A stretch of 64,000 nucleotides of DNA, taken from the IMG/VR virus record IMGVR_UViG_3300011912_000001, one strand, 5' to 3'. Under the pieces are notes generated by a model, which saw only the letters and a program-made list of their open reading frames with translations, was not told where the DNA came from and did not search any database. Source of the DNA: an uncultured virus (IMG/VR IMGVR_UViG_3300011912_000001) (lineage: Duplodnaviria > Heunggongvirae > Uroviricota > Caudoviricetes). The translations under genes and the position numbers were made by a program. Positions 52,201 to 61,046 of the stretch are shown here, piece by piece (position 1 is the first letter of the stretch; every line of letters starts with the position of its first letter).

Positions 52201-53936
52201 CGATTGCTTCCTCAACAGCAGGAGTCTCAATTGATTCAAATGGTGTGACAGCAAGCAATGCGTCAACAGGTGTGTCTGTTAAAATGAATTCTTCAACAGG
52301 TTTTGAAATCAAAAAAGGAGCAGACACTGTTTTTACAGTTAACAGTGACGGAAGTTTGACTGCTAAAAACATCAAGGTTGATGGAGGAGTCATTCAAGGT
52401 TCAGGATTGCAATCTATTTTACCTGCTGACTCTGAAGGCTATTCGAAGTATGTAAGCGTAGAGCAAACGAAGATTCGCGTCGGAAAACAAAAGATTGTTG
52501 CAAACCCTTCGTATCGGCATTTTGTCGGAACGACAATCGATGAAAATACATGGTATTCAAATAATTTTTTGTATGATGGATATAGCACTTCAACATCTGC
52601 AAGTACGCTTGGTCAGAATTACTTGAAGTTGGAATCTGGATACAGTTACCCGGGCGGAAGCTATGATTCAATGATTGTAGTAGATGCTGGCGGCGCGGAT
52701 TCTATGAACAATCAACTTTGGTCAAAAGTTGAGACGTACAACAACTCGATGAAAGTTCAGTCACAATTTTTCTTAGATATCACTTCAGTAAATAAAAATG
52801 TCAACATCAATGCATTGAATGGAACCATTGGTGAAAATATGATGTATGGGAATATCACAAAGCGTGCTTTACCATCTGTTGCAGGTCAAAACGAAGTTCA
52901 AATGGATTTATCTCCTTCTGACGGAAACTCATTAGTTGAGAGTACAGGTATGCGGTTGTTTAGTCGTGTCAATGGTATGGGGCTATATGCTATGGGAAGT
53001 AAGAATGACTATACTTTCTTGAAGTTCACACCAGCACGTGGAACATCAAAGAACTTAACAGAGTTGCTAGGTGAGAGCATATCATTCTACTCAAACAATA
53101 GCTTTACTACTGATGTTAAAAACTTAATAGATGTTCGTGTACGAGATGCAGGAAACACGTTACGGTCTGCTATAACGATTGATGGAACAAAAGAATCATA
53201 TGGTGTATGGATAGATATTGGTGGGGGTTCTCGAACAGTCATTTATGCAGGTGAAAGCAACGTCAACCCCGCAACTCACTTAAACATGAGTAATGATTCT
53301 GAAGTCTTAATTCTAGAAGCTAACGATTCGATTCAAATGTACTGGTCAACAGACAACTTGACACGGTCTACAAGTAAAGCAGATTTTGACAACACTATTG
53401 TAGGGATGATTGGTCTTGGAGGGGCGTTCCGTCCTACAGTAACAGAAAAACTCCATCTTGGTTCGACAAGCTATCGTTTCAATACTGTTTGGGCAAAAAC
53501 GACGTCAATCAACTCGGATAGTCGTTCCAAGCATGACATTCAACGGGTGCGCGGAAGCAAATGGTCGGAAGAAGGATTTACGAAACGCTTAGCAAAGGAT
53601 GCGCTTCCAGAAAATCGTTCGGCTGAAATTTATGAGTTTATGAAGTCGATGCCACTCTATCAGTTTAAATATGACGACATGGAACAACATGCTAATCAAT
53701 TTGGATTCATTGCTGACCAACTGGTGGAAAACGACAAGAACAAAGTAGCGGACTGGTTCATCGACGTACCGGAGAAAGAAGAAGACAGACTTAGTGTTTC
53801 AACACAGTCGTATGCGGCGGCGATTCATATCGCCCTTCAAGAAGAAATGGAACGCAATGATGCATTGGAGAAAAAAGTCGAAGACTTGGAAGAACGTCTG
53901 CTTCGTCTTGAACAATTATTAGGAGGTCAATCATGA
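49299..53936 (+). CDS. Tail fibre/spike with CBM-like, discoidin (F5/8C)-like and PA14-like domains and C-terminal intramolecular chaperone (peptidase S74)
   Basis: NVALNKPV..VTVDLG..VSADGINW (discoidin-like); ADDSVAIYVNG..LKTGWN (PA14-like); SDSRSKHDI..FGFIADQL followed by a coiled coil (S74). Confidence 0.8.
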   Translation: MKGRLFVTPKSQNEILNTSRTKTEFLLKEDMILSKVSNTTYFNSNNINLVRNSEYLDEMNRWQKNVFTTHDPTVKLETSNSVKYNATGVSVDSWTPLRSEFVDVSAGYTYTASVYTYTNDITTINKTASLELEYYNGTDSVTRMGAVGTILDVENGKWKRSFITLNVPTGASRVRMRIHAVQNGRFWISRPMLEKGDVASAWRPHVDDMVVQKGTQRDIPIRYIRDWLNGSTANAGSHWVEIQAIKDGVNVALNKPVTGNVPENPTYPYSRITDGTISSEWAGASIEDGNPRCVTVDLGSVVNGIEHLQIYHYYSDGRSYKQTKTEVSADGINWTTLFDSAVSGMYQESSAGKKIYVNTHESLRKAESSITQTANKISLVVSETDAIKGDALVSAINIQPGTVRISAKNINIDGAVKFSSFDSSVRSSLVDSAAPENIFPNGKFEDWEGALPNGWTRWTGSGSLYKSSAGLTHGFSPRFTVTNTQEDGFSFILNGKPENQYYIAEFGFMIESGNGVGAGILLRHHNAINGGGSYREVKVQISDYIPNPVVGQWYTIRTFVEIPKYGGTTSYSGYVMANWNGFNGGVRSAKTINFDKVLWRPATENEIQTNNKWVAKKYAIGAQASASYEPTFEMLSRFSVAESKMVNDAASFTNVFTGDYYAIHYATAVFVPQDKNVTFPSVIADDSVAIYVNGNKVGFKAGATASSMVLPLKTGWNNIDVLVYEHAGAESVGFGTKLSDFVLLMQPSQNPASYNSAISDGLARVITDMSAIEENVTKINGGRILTNSITAKQIAANTIKAENLFIGDMTNMMQYEENSYVGGYGVVTNTDNQKYFKIGQQAYSNLQMARSERVEFKVGDSYFLGFNGFKESAITGAINFIIRYYYTDGSATNAGIATIPFTTTVTSLEAILKITTAPTVGKTISYVMFFVEKDNTTSGYFHMRNVELRKMYSGKMIVDGTIDANKVTIASSTAGVSIDSNGVTASNASTGVSVKMNSSTGFEIKKGADTVFTVNSDGSLTAKNIKVDGGVIQGSGLQSILPADSEGYSKYVSVEQTKIRVGKQKIVANPSYRHFVGTTIDENTWYSNNFLYDGYSTSTSASTLGQNYLKLESGYSYPGGSYDSMIVVDAGGADSMNNQLWSKVETYNNSMKVQSQFFLDITSVNKNVNINALNGTIGENMMYGNITKRALPSVAGQNEVQMDLSPSDGNSLVESTGMRLFSRVNGMGLYAMGSKNDYTFLKFTPARGTSKNLTELLGESISFYSNNSFTTDVKNLIDVRVRDAGNTLRSAITIDGTKESYGVWIDIGGGSRTVIYAGESNVNPATHLNMSNDSEVLILEANDSIQMYWSTDNLTRSTSKADFDNTIVGMIGLGGAFRPTVTEKLHLGSTSYRFNTVWAKTTSINSDSRSKHDIQRVRGSKWSEEGFTKRLAKDALPENRSAEIYEFMKSMPLYQFKYDDMEQHANQFGFIADQLVENDKNKVADWFIDVPEKEEDRLSVSTQSYAAAIHIALQEEMERNDALEKKVEDLEERLLRLEQLLGGQS

Positions 53937-55261
53937 TTTTTATCAAAACGAATGATGTAAATGATGTCGTATTCTGTCACACTGACCCGTTCCATGAAAC
54001 GTATGGATTGGGAAAAACAGAAGAAGAACTTCGTGCGGAAGGGTTCCTTGTGGATTATCTCAAGGAACTCCCGACAGCGGAGAAACGAAAGGGGTATCGC
54101 GGCATCACATGTTTTGGAGAAAACAAGTTCTGGTTCCGATATGAAGAACAAGCATTAACTCCAGAAGAACAATACATTGAACAAATGAGTATTATCCAAG
54201 AAAAACAAGAGAAACATGAGAAGACGATTAAGGCACAGCAAGAAGAAAATGCGTTGCTCAAACAAGAAATCGAACAACTTGGATACAATATTGATACGAG
54301 CATTACATATGCAGGAGATGCTCATAACAAAGCAGACCAAACGCTCCAAGAGACAGCAAGAATGACGATGGAACTGATGTTCAAAGAAGAAGCCATTCAA
54401 AATCAGGAAGCGGAACTCATTGGTCAAAAAAGCTTAATGGACGAACAAAAGAAAGTGCTTGATTCCCAACAAGCAATGGTTACTTCAATGACACAAGACC
54501 TTGTTATTGAGAAAGCAAAAATTCTAGCACAAAAACAAGAGATGCAAGCAACGATTGAAGAAAGTGCCATGATGACGATGGCACTCATGGACATGGACTA
54601 CACAATGTTAAAAACAAAAGAAGCCACAGACAAAGTGGTATTGTCGATTAAAGAAACAGAAGCTTTTGTTGAAAAAACAAAGAACGAAGTCATTGTTTTA
54701 AAAGATGAAGTTGCACTTGGAACAAATGAGTCGGCGACGATTACAATGGCGATGCTTGAAATTGATATGAAGCTGAATGATAAACAATTAGCTATCGATG
54801 AAATTAAGAAAAACATCGCAACCATCAAGGAAGTGCAGGGGAGTCTGATTGCAACCATCAAGGAAGTGCAAGTGAATCTGCTTAGACAGATTGGAAATAT
54901 TGAAGTCACTCAGTTAGAAGTAAAAGCATTCAAAGATGAGATGGCGGCAAAAGTTACAAAATTGCTTGATGACCAAACGAGTATGTTGGCGATGTATACA
55001 GAGAGTAAGAATGGTTTAGAAGCTGTGCGGCGTGATTTCGAGTATTACGAGAGTGAAAAAACTGTCATGCGAAGTGATATCGAAAGACTCAAAAAGGAAA
55101 AATCAGCTTTTGAGACAGGAATTAATGAAATGGTATTGCAAGATGCGAATGAACTGGTTAAAACTAAAGCAGAGTTGGCGTCAACAAAAGCACAGCTCGA
55201 TGAACTTCAAACGAATGTTGTAGAGCTCACACGTCGATTGAATGAAGGGGGAATCGCTTAA
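53933..55261 (+). CDS. Coiled-coil protein, putative tail fibre assembly (XkdW-position) protein
   Basis: N-terminal PFHETYGLGKTEEEL..G.LV..LP motif, then a long heptad-rich region; lies between the fibre and XkdX. Confidence 0.6.
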   Translation: MIFIKTNDVNDVVFCHTDPFHETYGLGKTEEELRAEGFLVDYLKELPTAEKRKGYRGITCFGENKFWFRYEEQALTPEEQYIEQMSIIQEKQEKHEKTIKAQQEENALLKQEIEQLGYNIDTSITYAGDAHNKADQTLQETARMTMELMFKEEAIQNQEAELIGQKSLMDEQKKVLDSQQAMVTSMTQDLVIEKAKILAQKQEMQATIEESAMMTMALMDMDYTMLKTKEATDKVVLSIKETEAFVEKTKNEVIVLKDEVALGTNESATITMAMLEIDMKLNDKQLAIDEIKKNIATIKEVQGSLIATIKEVQVNLLRQIGNIEVTQLEVKAFKDEMAAKVTKLLDDQTSMLAMYTESKNGLEAVRRDFEYYESEKTVMRSDIERLKKEKSAFETGINEMVLQDANELVKTKAELASTKAQLDELQTNVVELTRRLNEGGIA

Positions 55262-55404
55262 TGAACTGGTATGCATCTGCTAAGCGCTACTACGATTTAA
55301 AAGTGTACACAAAAGAAGATGTAGCGAAATTTGTTACACGAGAAAAAATCACAGAAGCGGAATACGAAGAAATCACCGGGGAAGTTTACGTCGCTCAACA
55401 GTAA
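55261..55404 (+). CDS. xkdX: XkdX-family small protein (not in ORF track)
   Basis: 47 aa MNWYASAKRYYDLKVYTKEDVAKFVTREKITEAEYEEITGEVYVAQQ; TAATG overlap and upstream GGGGG RBS. Confidence 0.85.
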   Translation: MNWYASAKRYYDLKVYTKEDVAKFVTREKITEAEYEEITGEVYVAQQ

Positions 55405-55410
55405 GAAAGG

Positions 55411-55662
55411 ATGTTGTACGTGCAGTGGTTGAAAGAGTTGAAGATGAAATTGTTCGCACCTTGGACACGACTACCAGAATATGAACAATTGATTGCCGGA
55501 CTGCTTCTAGAATTAGCGCAGAATGGAATCGTCCTGAAGCGTCTAGAAAAAGAAATGGCAGGACTAATGGTCCAAATGGTTGAAGACGGTATCGACCATG
55601 AAGAAGTAAAAGAAACAATTGCATTTATGTTAATGGAAATCGCTAAGGAGGAAAAACGATGA
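55411..55662 (+). CDS. Small helical hypothetical protein
   Basis: 83 aa between the two XkdX genes; stop overlaps the next ATG (ATGA); start may be GTG at 55420. Confidence 0.6.
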   Translation: MLYVQWLKELKMKLFAPWTRLPEYEQLIAGLLLELAQNGIVLKRLEKEMAGLMVQMVEDGIDHEEVKETIAFMLMEIAKEEKR

Positions 55663-55805
55663 ACTGGTATGCTTCAGCGAAACGGTATTATGATTATGGA
55701 TATTACACGAAAGATGACGTTAAGAAATTTGTCGTCTACGGTAAAATCACACCAGCACAGTATAAAGAAATCACTGGGGACGACTACGTCGCACCCGTCG
55801 CGTGA
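55659..55805 (+). CDS. xkdX: Second XkdX-family small protein (not in ORF track)
   Basis: 48 aa MNWYASAKRYYDYGYYTKDDVKKFVVYGKITPAQYKEITGDDYVAPVA; RBS AAGGAGG. Confidence 0.85.
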   Translation: MNWYASAKRYYDYGYYTKDDVKKFVVYGKITPAQYKEITGDDYVAPVA

Positions 55806-55813
55806 CAACACTA

Positions 55814-55840
55814 TTGACGAACTTGTCTGAGACAGGTTAC
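55814..55840 (+). promoter_or_regulatory. Putative phage promoter (TTGACG..GGTTAC)
   Basis: Shares TATTGACGAAC with the 49211 site; GGTTAC starts 21 nt after TTGAC. Confidence 0.5.
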
Positions 55841-55848
55841 GTTCAGTC

Positions 55849-55874
55849 AAGGGGTGCCCTACGGCATCCCTTTT
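55849..55874 (+). terminator. Terminator-like hairpin
   Basis: GGGTGCC-CTAC-GGCATCC followed by CTTTTCTT. Confidence 0.55.
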
Positions 55875-55895
55875 CTTATGATTGGAGGAAAGACT

Positions 55896-56198
55896 ATGCC
55901 TGAGTATCAGCGGCATCAATATGGACGCTTCCAGTATGGACGCTACACGTTACATGCTAAGAATGGACTGAAGGTAAGCGACGCCGTCCGCCTTCGAGTC
56001 ATTAAGAACGCCTTATACATTCAAACGATGAAACAAGAAGTGAGTGGTAACCCGGCACGTTTTCGTCTTCGGACGAATGACGGCGAATGGGTCATCAGTG
56101 CTTCTGCTACGATTCCAAACGAAACTTATAAAATCCGTATGCGGACGAACACCGGCGAATGGGTCGAGTGTGTCCGTTATACGATGAAAGGAGAATAA
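55896..56198 (+). CDS. Hypothetical protein
   Basis: GGAGG at 55884 favours ATG 55896; YG repeats and a duplicated R.RTN.GEWV motif. Confidence 0.65.
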   Translation: MPEYQRHQYGRFQYGRYTLHAKNGLKVSDAVRLRVIKNALYIQTMKQEVSGNPARFRLRTNDGEWVISASATIPNETYKIRMRTNTGEWVECVRYTMKGE

Positions 56199-56199
56199 G

Positions 56200-56976
56200 A
56201 TGAACTACTTACAAGACTATTTACGGGTGGTCCCGAAAGTCGAAAAAGAACGGGTGGAAGCATTACTTCGGGCGAACAAAGCCATTTACGAAGTCCAGAA
56301 CTTGACCGAACGAGAGTTCCAAGAGCTGGTGGATTTCTTAGCCGAAAAACAAGAACCTGTCAGTAAACCAATTGAATTGCAAGAAACGATGGAAGCAGAA
56401 GACTTCAACTTGTTCTTCTCAAATGTTGCCATCGATTTGATGCATCTATTCGAAGAACAGAACTTATTAGAAGGAGCGGCGGCAAACTATGACCGTATCT
56501 TTAGTGGCGTCTTAGATGATATCCGAAAAGAAGTCGCGGCGCTTCGTCAAAGGGAACAAGAACTCTACCTTGAGAATAAAGGGGAAGATGGCTTGTTCGT
56601 TCGGACCTACAGTTTTGAATCCGAAAATAAAACGAAACATGCAGAAGTCTATAACGCCGACACGAAGTATTTGTTTGAAGACCGGGATGGCTCCGTACTC
56701 CCAGAGGTTGCGTATGAACGAAGCTACCATCAGCATTACATCAGCTTAGCAAAAGAAGATGAACTGAATGTCCTTGTCAATGATAAGAATCAGACGACCG
56801 CACGTATCAAGGTAACGTATGAAAACGAAGGTGCGGTGAATCTAAAAGAAGAAAAATATAAGATTGATAAAGCGATTGACGGGTCCGATGATACATACTA
56901 CATGCATGTGGTGTTGACGACATCTCCTGCCATTCATAAAATTCCCAAACATCCTGACCTAGATAAATTGAAATGA
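56200..56976 (+). CDS. Structural protein similar to the N-terminal part of the 59250/61046 paralogs
   Basis: EDFN..F..V..DL..LF helical motif; RBS AAGGAG. Confidence 0.6.
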   Translation: MNYLQDYLRVVPKVEKERVEALLRANKAIYEVQNLTEREFQELVDFLAEKQEPVSKPIELQETMEAEDFNLFFSNVAIDLMHLFEEQNLLEGAAANYDRIFSGVLDDIRKEVAALRQREQELYLENKGEDGLFVRTYSFESENKTKHAEVYNADTKYLFEDRDGSVLPEVAYERSYHQHYISLAKEDELNVLVNDKNQTTARIKVTYENEGAVNLKEEKYKIDKAIDGSDDTYYMHVVLTTSPAIHKIPKHPDLDKLK

Positions 56977-56987
56977 GGTAAGCGTAT

Positions 56988-57926
56988 ATGGCAGATTCGA
57001 ATGTCAGTTATATTGAGAAATGTCTTTCACTGTCTGTCAGTGAATGGGAGAAACCTTGGCGCATGGAAATTGCGCACCCGTTCGACAACCAGAAAAAGAT
57101 TGTCTATTACTTAGCAAATGAAAAATATCCGAATGGGACATTCTACGAGAACCGTCCTGTCATCAAAGCAGGGGAAAAGCTGGAGTATATTTTATCTCGC
57201 TTACTGCTTCGGATTGAAAAGTATCCGTATTATTGGCCGCTGGAGAACCAAAAGGTTGATGCGTTTGGATATGACTTCTATACGGATTTGACAAAAGAAA
57301 GCAATAATGAAGCCCAGTACATCGAAGTGACAGAAGGCGCCGACACGTTAATTAAAGAAAAGTTGTCGATTGAAGCGCCCGGCAAAGAAGCATGGCGTGT
57401 TTTAACCGGAGAGGATTATGTAAGCGGAGATGGCATCGGCATCCGACTAGACATCACCCTTGAGAAAGCAGGTCCGATTAATCACTTGGCTCTTGAATTG
57501 TTCTCTTCGAAAACCGTAGAGTTAAGCGCCGTCTTGTATCAAGAAGATGTCACGAAGTATGTGCCAATGAAGGAAATGGTGATTGAAGACATTAGTCTCT
57601 TGCAATCGAATCGTTCGTTGACGGTGAACTTTCCAAAAGCCGTGTATGCAAAACGTATTGTGTTGATTCTGACACAAAAAGAATACACGGTGAACAAATA
57701 CATGCTTCCAAAAGATGCGATTGCACAAGCAAAAATTCTCAAGTATATCGAAAAAGAAGAAGCCCGTATGACAGCAGAGAATACTGGTTCCCTTCAATAC
57801 AGTGTCGATTATCAATCCGATAGCTTTGCAGATGTATTCGTTCGTTCAGGGTTAAAAGGATATGCGAAGTTGATGAAAGAATACAAAAAAGCACATGAAG
57901 CATGGCTGAAAAACCAGAAGAAATGA
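56988..57926 (+). CDS. Hypothetical structural protein
   Basis: 312 aa with RBS GAGG. LDITLE..PINHLALE..FP.AVYAKRIVL resembles the middle of the 59250/61046 proteins. Confidence 0.6.
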   Translation: MADSNVSYIEKCLSLSVSEWEKPWRMEIAHPFDNQKKIVYYLANEKYPNGTFYENRPVIKAGEKLEYILSRLLLRIEKYPYYWPLENQKVDAFGYDFYTDLTKESNNEAQYIEVTEGADTLIKEKLSIEAPGKEAWRVLTGEDYVSGDGIGIRLDITLEKAGPINHLALELFSSKTVELSAVLYQEDVTKYVPMKEMVIEDISLLQSNRSLTVNFPKAVYAKRIVLILTQKEYTVNKYMLPKDAIAQAKILKYIEKEEARMTAENTGSLQYSVDYQSDSFADVFVRSGLKGYAKLMKEYKKAHEAWLKNQKK

Positions 57927-57935
57927 GGATGAACG

Positions 57936-59237
57936 ATGCCAAACAGTAAAAAGAATAAAGCTCAGAAAAGAATTCTTCAAATCAGACGACAGCTAAAGCT
58001 GGACATTGCACGAGCAAGAATGCGGGCGGTACTTAATAGCAACCTAGCTCAAGCGTTGGCACAAGCAAAAAAAGCCGCTTCCATGAATGCGAAGCCTGAT
58101 ACGACACCGGGGAAACCAAAAGTGGTCGCCCCTGAACCAAAACTAGGATTTGATTTAGAAGAAAAAAGTATCTATGAATATGCTATCGGAATCAAGAATA
58201 TTAGCATGGCGTCAAAAGTGTATAACGAGAAAAGTATCTACGTGTCGCAAGCGATTCCAGTAGAAGGAAACGTCATGGAAGTGTTATTCGATGCAGTAGA
58301 AGAACATCCTATCTTTGACAACACAAGTGGAAAGACGGTCACACGCCGAACATCCGTTGAATATTATTTGACGACAGCAGAGAAGCCGGGTGCTTCTGAT
58401 TGGATTCCGATTCTCCCTAGTCGACAAAAGACGGTCGTCGCCGAACGCATCTTCCTTGAGAACGGGATTGGGACGCTCAGGTTCCAAGCAGAAATTGATT
58501 CCATTGTCGTCTACCGGGATGGAAGCCGCATGAAACAAGCGGAGTACGTGGTCATGGAGAATGGGTATAAGATTCAAATCAAAGACAAAGATAGCTTATT
58601 CCACATCTATACGATAGATTACAAACCGAATCCTTCAGGACGAGACCCATGGAAAGTGGACGTCTCGCATTTGACGACAAGCCGTCAAAAACAGATTGAT
58701 GTGTTCCCGAATGGAACGAATCATAATAAAACGATTACGTTGAGCAAATACCCGTACATCGATATGAGCTACATCAACCAAACAGAGAATTATAATCCGA
58801 ACACGGACAACTATCGTCCATTCTCTGTCTACATCAAGAACGCCTCGATTGTTGGAGAAAATCGAAAAGTCTATAAAGAAGTGCGTCCGGCGCATTTCAA
58901 TGAAGAAGCATTCACGTTAGATAAGACGTTATACAAAGAAGAAAAATGGGCGGAGCTTACGCCGTACAGTATCGTCGAGCCGGTCTACAAAGGAATGGAA
59001 TACTACAACTGGAAAAAGAATTTAGTGTTTAGTGAGACCTTTAACAAAGCAAACATTTTTAATTCTGATTTTAACAACCAAGAGAATGGACATGGTAACG
59101 GAGAGATTGAAGTCCATTACGAATACTTGGTCGCGGCGTTCCGCCTGAAGATTATTCTTCGACGTAATCTTGCGAGCCAATCGATGGCATCACCGCTCGT
59201 CCATGAGTACACATTACAATTCAAGACACAAAAATAA
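57936..59237 (+). CDS. Structural protein similar to the C-terminal part of the 59250/61046 paralogs
   Basis: YAIGIKNI, SVEYY..DWIPILP and SPLVHEYTL motifs. Confidence 0.6.
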   Translation: MPNSKKNKAQKRILQIRRQLKLDIARARMRAVLNSNLAQALAQAKKAASMNAKPDTTPGKPKVVAPEPKLGFDLEEKSIYEYAIGIKNISMASKVYNEKSIYVSQAIPVEGNVMEVLFDAVEEHPIFDNTSGKTVTRRTSVEYYLTTAEKPGASDWIPILPSRQKTVVAERIFLENGIGTLRFQAEIDSIVVYRDGSRMKQAEYVVMENGYKIQIKDKDSLFHIYTIDYKPNPSGRDPWKVDVSHLTTSRQKQIDVFPNGTNHNKTITLSKYPYIDMSYINQTENYNPNTDNYRPFSVYIKNASIVGENRKVYKEVRPAHFNEEAFTLDKTLYKEEKWAELTPYSIVEPVYKGMEYYNWKKNLVFSETFNKANIFNSDFNNQENGHGNGEIEVHYEYLVAAFRLKIILRRNLASQSMASPLVHEYTLQFKTQK

Positions 59238-59249
59238 AGGAGGGTTCTT

Positions 59250-61046
59250 ATGGAAGATAAATTATCCATGCGCACGCAAATGTACGAACTCCAAGAAGAT
59301 TACTTCTTCAAAAAAGCAACAAAGCTTTTGGGAGAAGCGACAACGGATGCAGAGATTCGTGTGTATGCGAACGACTATATTAAAAGTTTCTACCAATCAG
59401 CAGGAGGTCCTTTGCTGTTGCTTCGTCCAGCGGAGTCAGGGCATGTCCCGTTTAAGGAAGACTTTGAACAATCGATGGAAGAAACAATTGAGGACTTAAA
59501 CATCCTTTATACGGATAGTGAGAATGCGGCAGAGTTCCTTCAAGAATCATTCAACTTTGCTCAAACAGAACGCAAGCGGATGCTCTCTCGTATCAGCGGG
59601 CTCAATGCACTGGTCGGAGATTTAAACTTGATTGCGCATGAAAATAAAGACGGCAATCTCTATTTTAAAGAAAGCTTTGATTCAAAAGATAATACAGAGG
59701 AAACGCAAGTCCTTCCGAACGTATCAAAAGCTCAGATAGCAACAACAGAAGGTGTCTTGACTTTAAGCCGGATTGATACAGTCAATGCCTCGTTGACTGC
59801 AATGGTTCGAAAAGTTGAAGGCAATGGAACAGCAGGAACAGGACATGTTGCGCGACGGATTCAAGTGACCGATGAAAAGAAACAAGTCATCGATACGAAT
59901 GTTTTCATCAACGAAAACGAATCCCTTCGCAATGACGACATCCAAGCGATTCTTGATTATCGGCCAGACACCATCTTTGAATACCAAATGGTCAACGTGC
60001 CAAATGAATTCATCAAGAAATACAAAGGGTACAATTTTGAATGGGTTAAAGGAAAAGAAACAGGCGAGAAGCTTCGGCTTCAACTGGTCATTGAATTAGC
60101 TAAGCTAGAAGACATCAACTGGATTAACATCAATCCCTATTACCCGGTGAACTCGACTGGGAAAGTGCGGGTGTTCTCGATTAAGACCAGTGAGGATGGG
60201 TTCGATTACAAAGGTCTCTATGAAGACAAAGGATACATTTTAAACAATGAATTGAATGAGACGGCGCAAACATATCGGGTCGATGATTTATTTGATGGTA
60301 AAAATGATTTTAATAAAGCGAAATTTGCAGGGCAAGGGGTCTGGAGTTTCCCGACACGAAAAGCCAAATACATAGAAATCGTATTCGACCAGCTGGCAAG
60401 TTACCAAGAGTTGATTGGACAAGCCGTCTATTATAAGAACACGACGTTATTGAACGGACAAACGATTCGAACACAAATCGAAGAACCGAAAGAACTAAAA
60501 GAGAGTCCAGCAAAGAACGGATATGTTCTCTCTGCTTATCAGGATGCAAAGATTGATAAAGTCATTGAAGCAACAAAAGGCTGGCGTTATGCTATCGGTC
60601 TTCGAGACATTAATATCATGAGTTATCGCTTTGATAAGAAAAGTATGTATGTATCGAAACGTTTTGAAATCAATGGGGAAATCAGTCGCTTGATGCTATA
60701 TGCGAACGAGAAGATTCCTCAGTCGTATTTAGACCGGGTGGAAACATCCAATGACTGGATTCAATATGAAATCAGTTTCGATGATATGAACTGGATGCCG
60801 ATTTCACCGATGCATCATGAACCGACGAAAGCGGCGTTCCCTCCTAAAATCATTGAAGTGAACGGAAACGAAATCGATTTAGGAAATGCATTCCAGATTC
60901 ACAAAGCGTATATCAAAACTGATACCCCACCGAATGGCGTGCGAATTCGAGTGACGATGTCGCGCCCGCTCGAAGCCGGGTTCGATTCAACGACACCGAT
61001 TCTCGAAGACTATGCACTTCGTATCGTCAGAAAGGATGACTTGTAA
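59250..61046 (+). CDS. Putative virion structural protein (paralog family)
   Basis: YAIGLRDINI, IQYEIS..NWMPISP, TPILEDYAL; RBS AAGGAGG. Confidence 0.6.
   Translation: MEDKLSMRTQMYELQEDYFFKKATKLLGEATTDAEIRVYANDYIKSFYQSAGGPLLLLRPAESGHVPFKEDFEQSMEETIEDLNILYTDSENAAEFLQESFNFAQTERKRMLSRISGLNALVGDLNLIAHENKDGNLYFKESFDSKDNTEETQVLPNVSKAQIATTEGVLTLSRIDTVNASLTAMVRKVEGNGTAGTGHVARRIQVTDEKKQVIDTNVFINENESLRNDDIQAILDYRPDTIFEYQMVNVPNEFIKKYKGYNFEWVKGKETGEKLRLQLVIELAKLEDINWININPYYPVNSTGKVRVFSIKTSEDGFDYKGLYEDKGYILNNELNETAQTYRVDDLFDGKNDFNKAKFAGQGVWSFPTRKAKYIEIVFDQLASYQELIGQAVYYKNTTLLNGQTIRTQIEEPKELKESPAKNGYVLSAYQDAKIDKVIEATKGWRYAIGLRDINIMSYRFDKKSMYVSKRFEINGEISRLMLYANEKIPQSYLDRVETSNDWIQYEISFDDMNWMPISPMHHEPTKAAFPPKIIEVNGNEIDLGNAFQIHKAYIKTDTPPNGVRIRVTMSRPLEAGFDSTTPILEDYALRIVRKDDL

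Noticed and set aside
44930..53936. Diversity-generating retroelement or invertible fibre switch
   Set aside because: No reverse transcriptase, recombinase, adenine-mismatched repeat pair or inverted fibre cassette seen in the window
55674..55919. 81 aa minus-strand ORF
   Set aside because: Overlaps the better-supported XkdX gene, hairpin and downstream start on the + strand
57920..57940. Stop-codon readthrough joining the in-frame 312 aa and 433 aa ORFs
   Set aside because: Two in-frame TGA stops (57924, 57930) and a GAGG RBS for the downstream ATG
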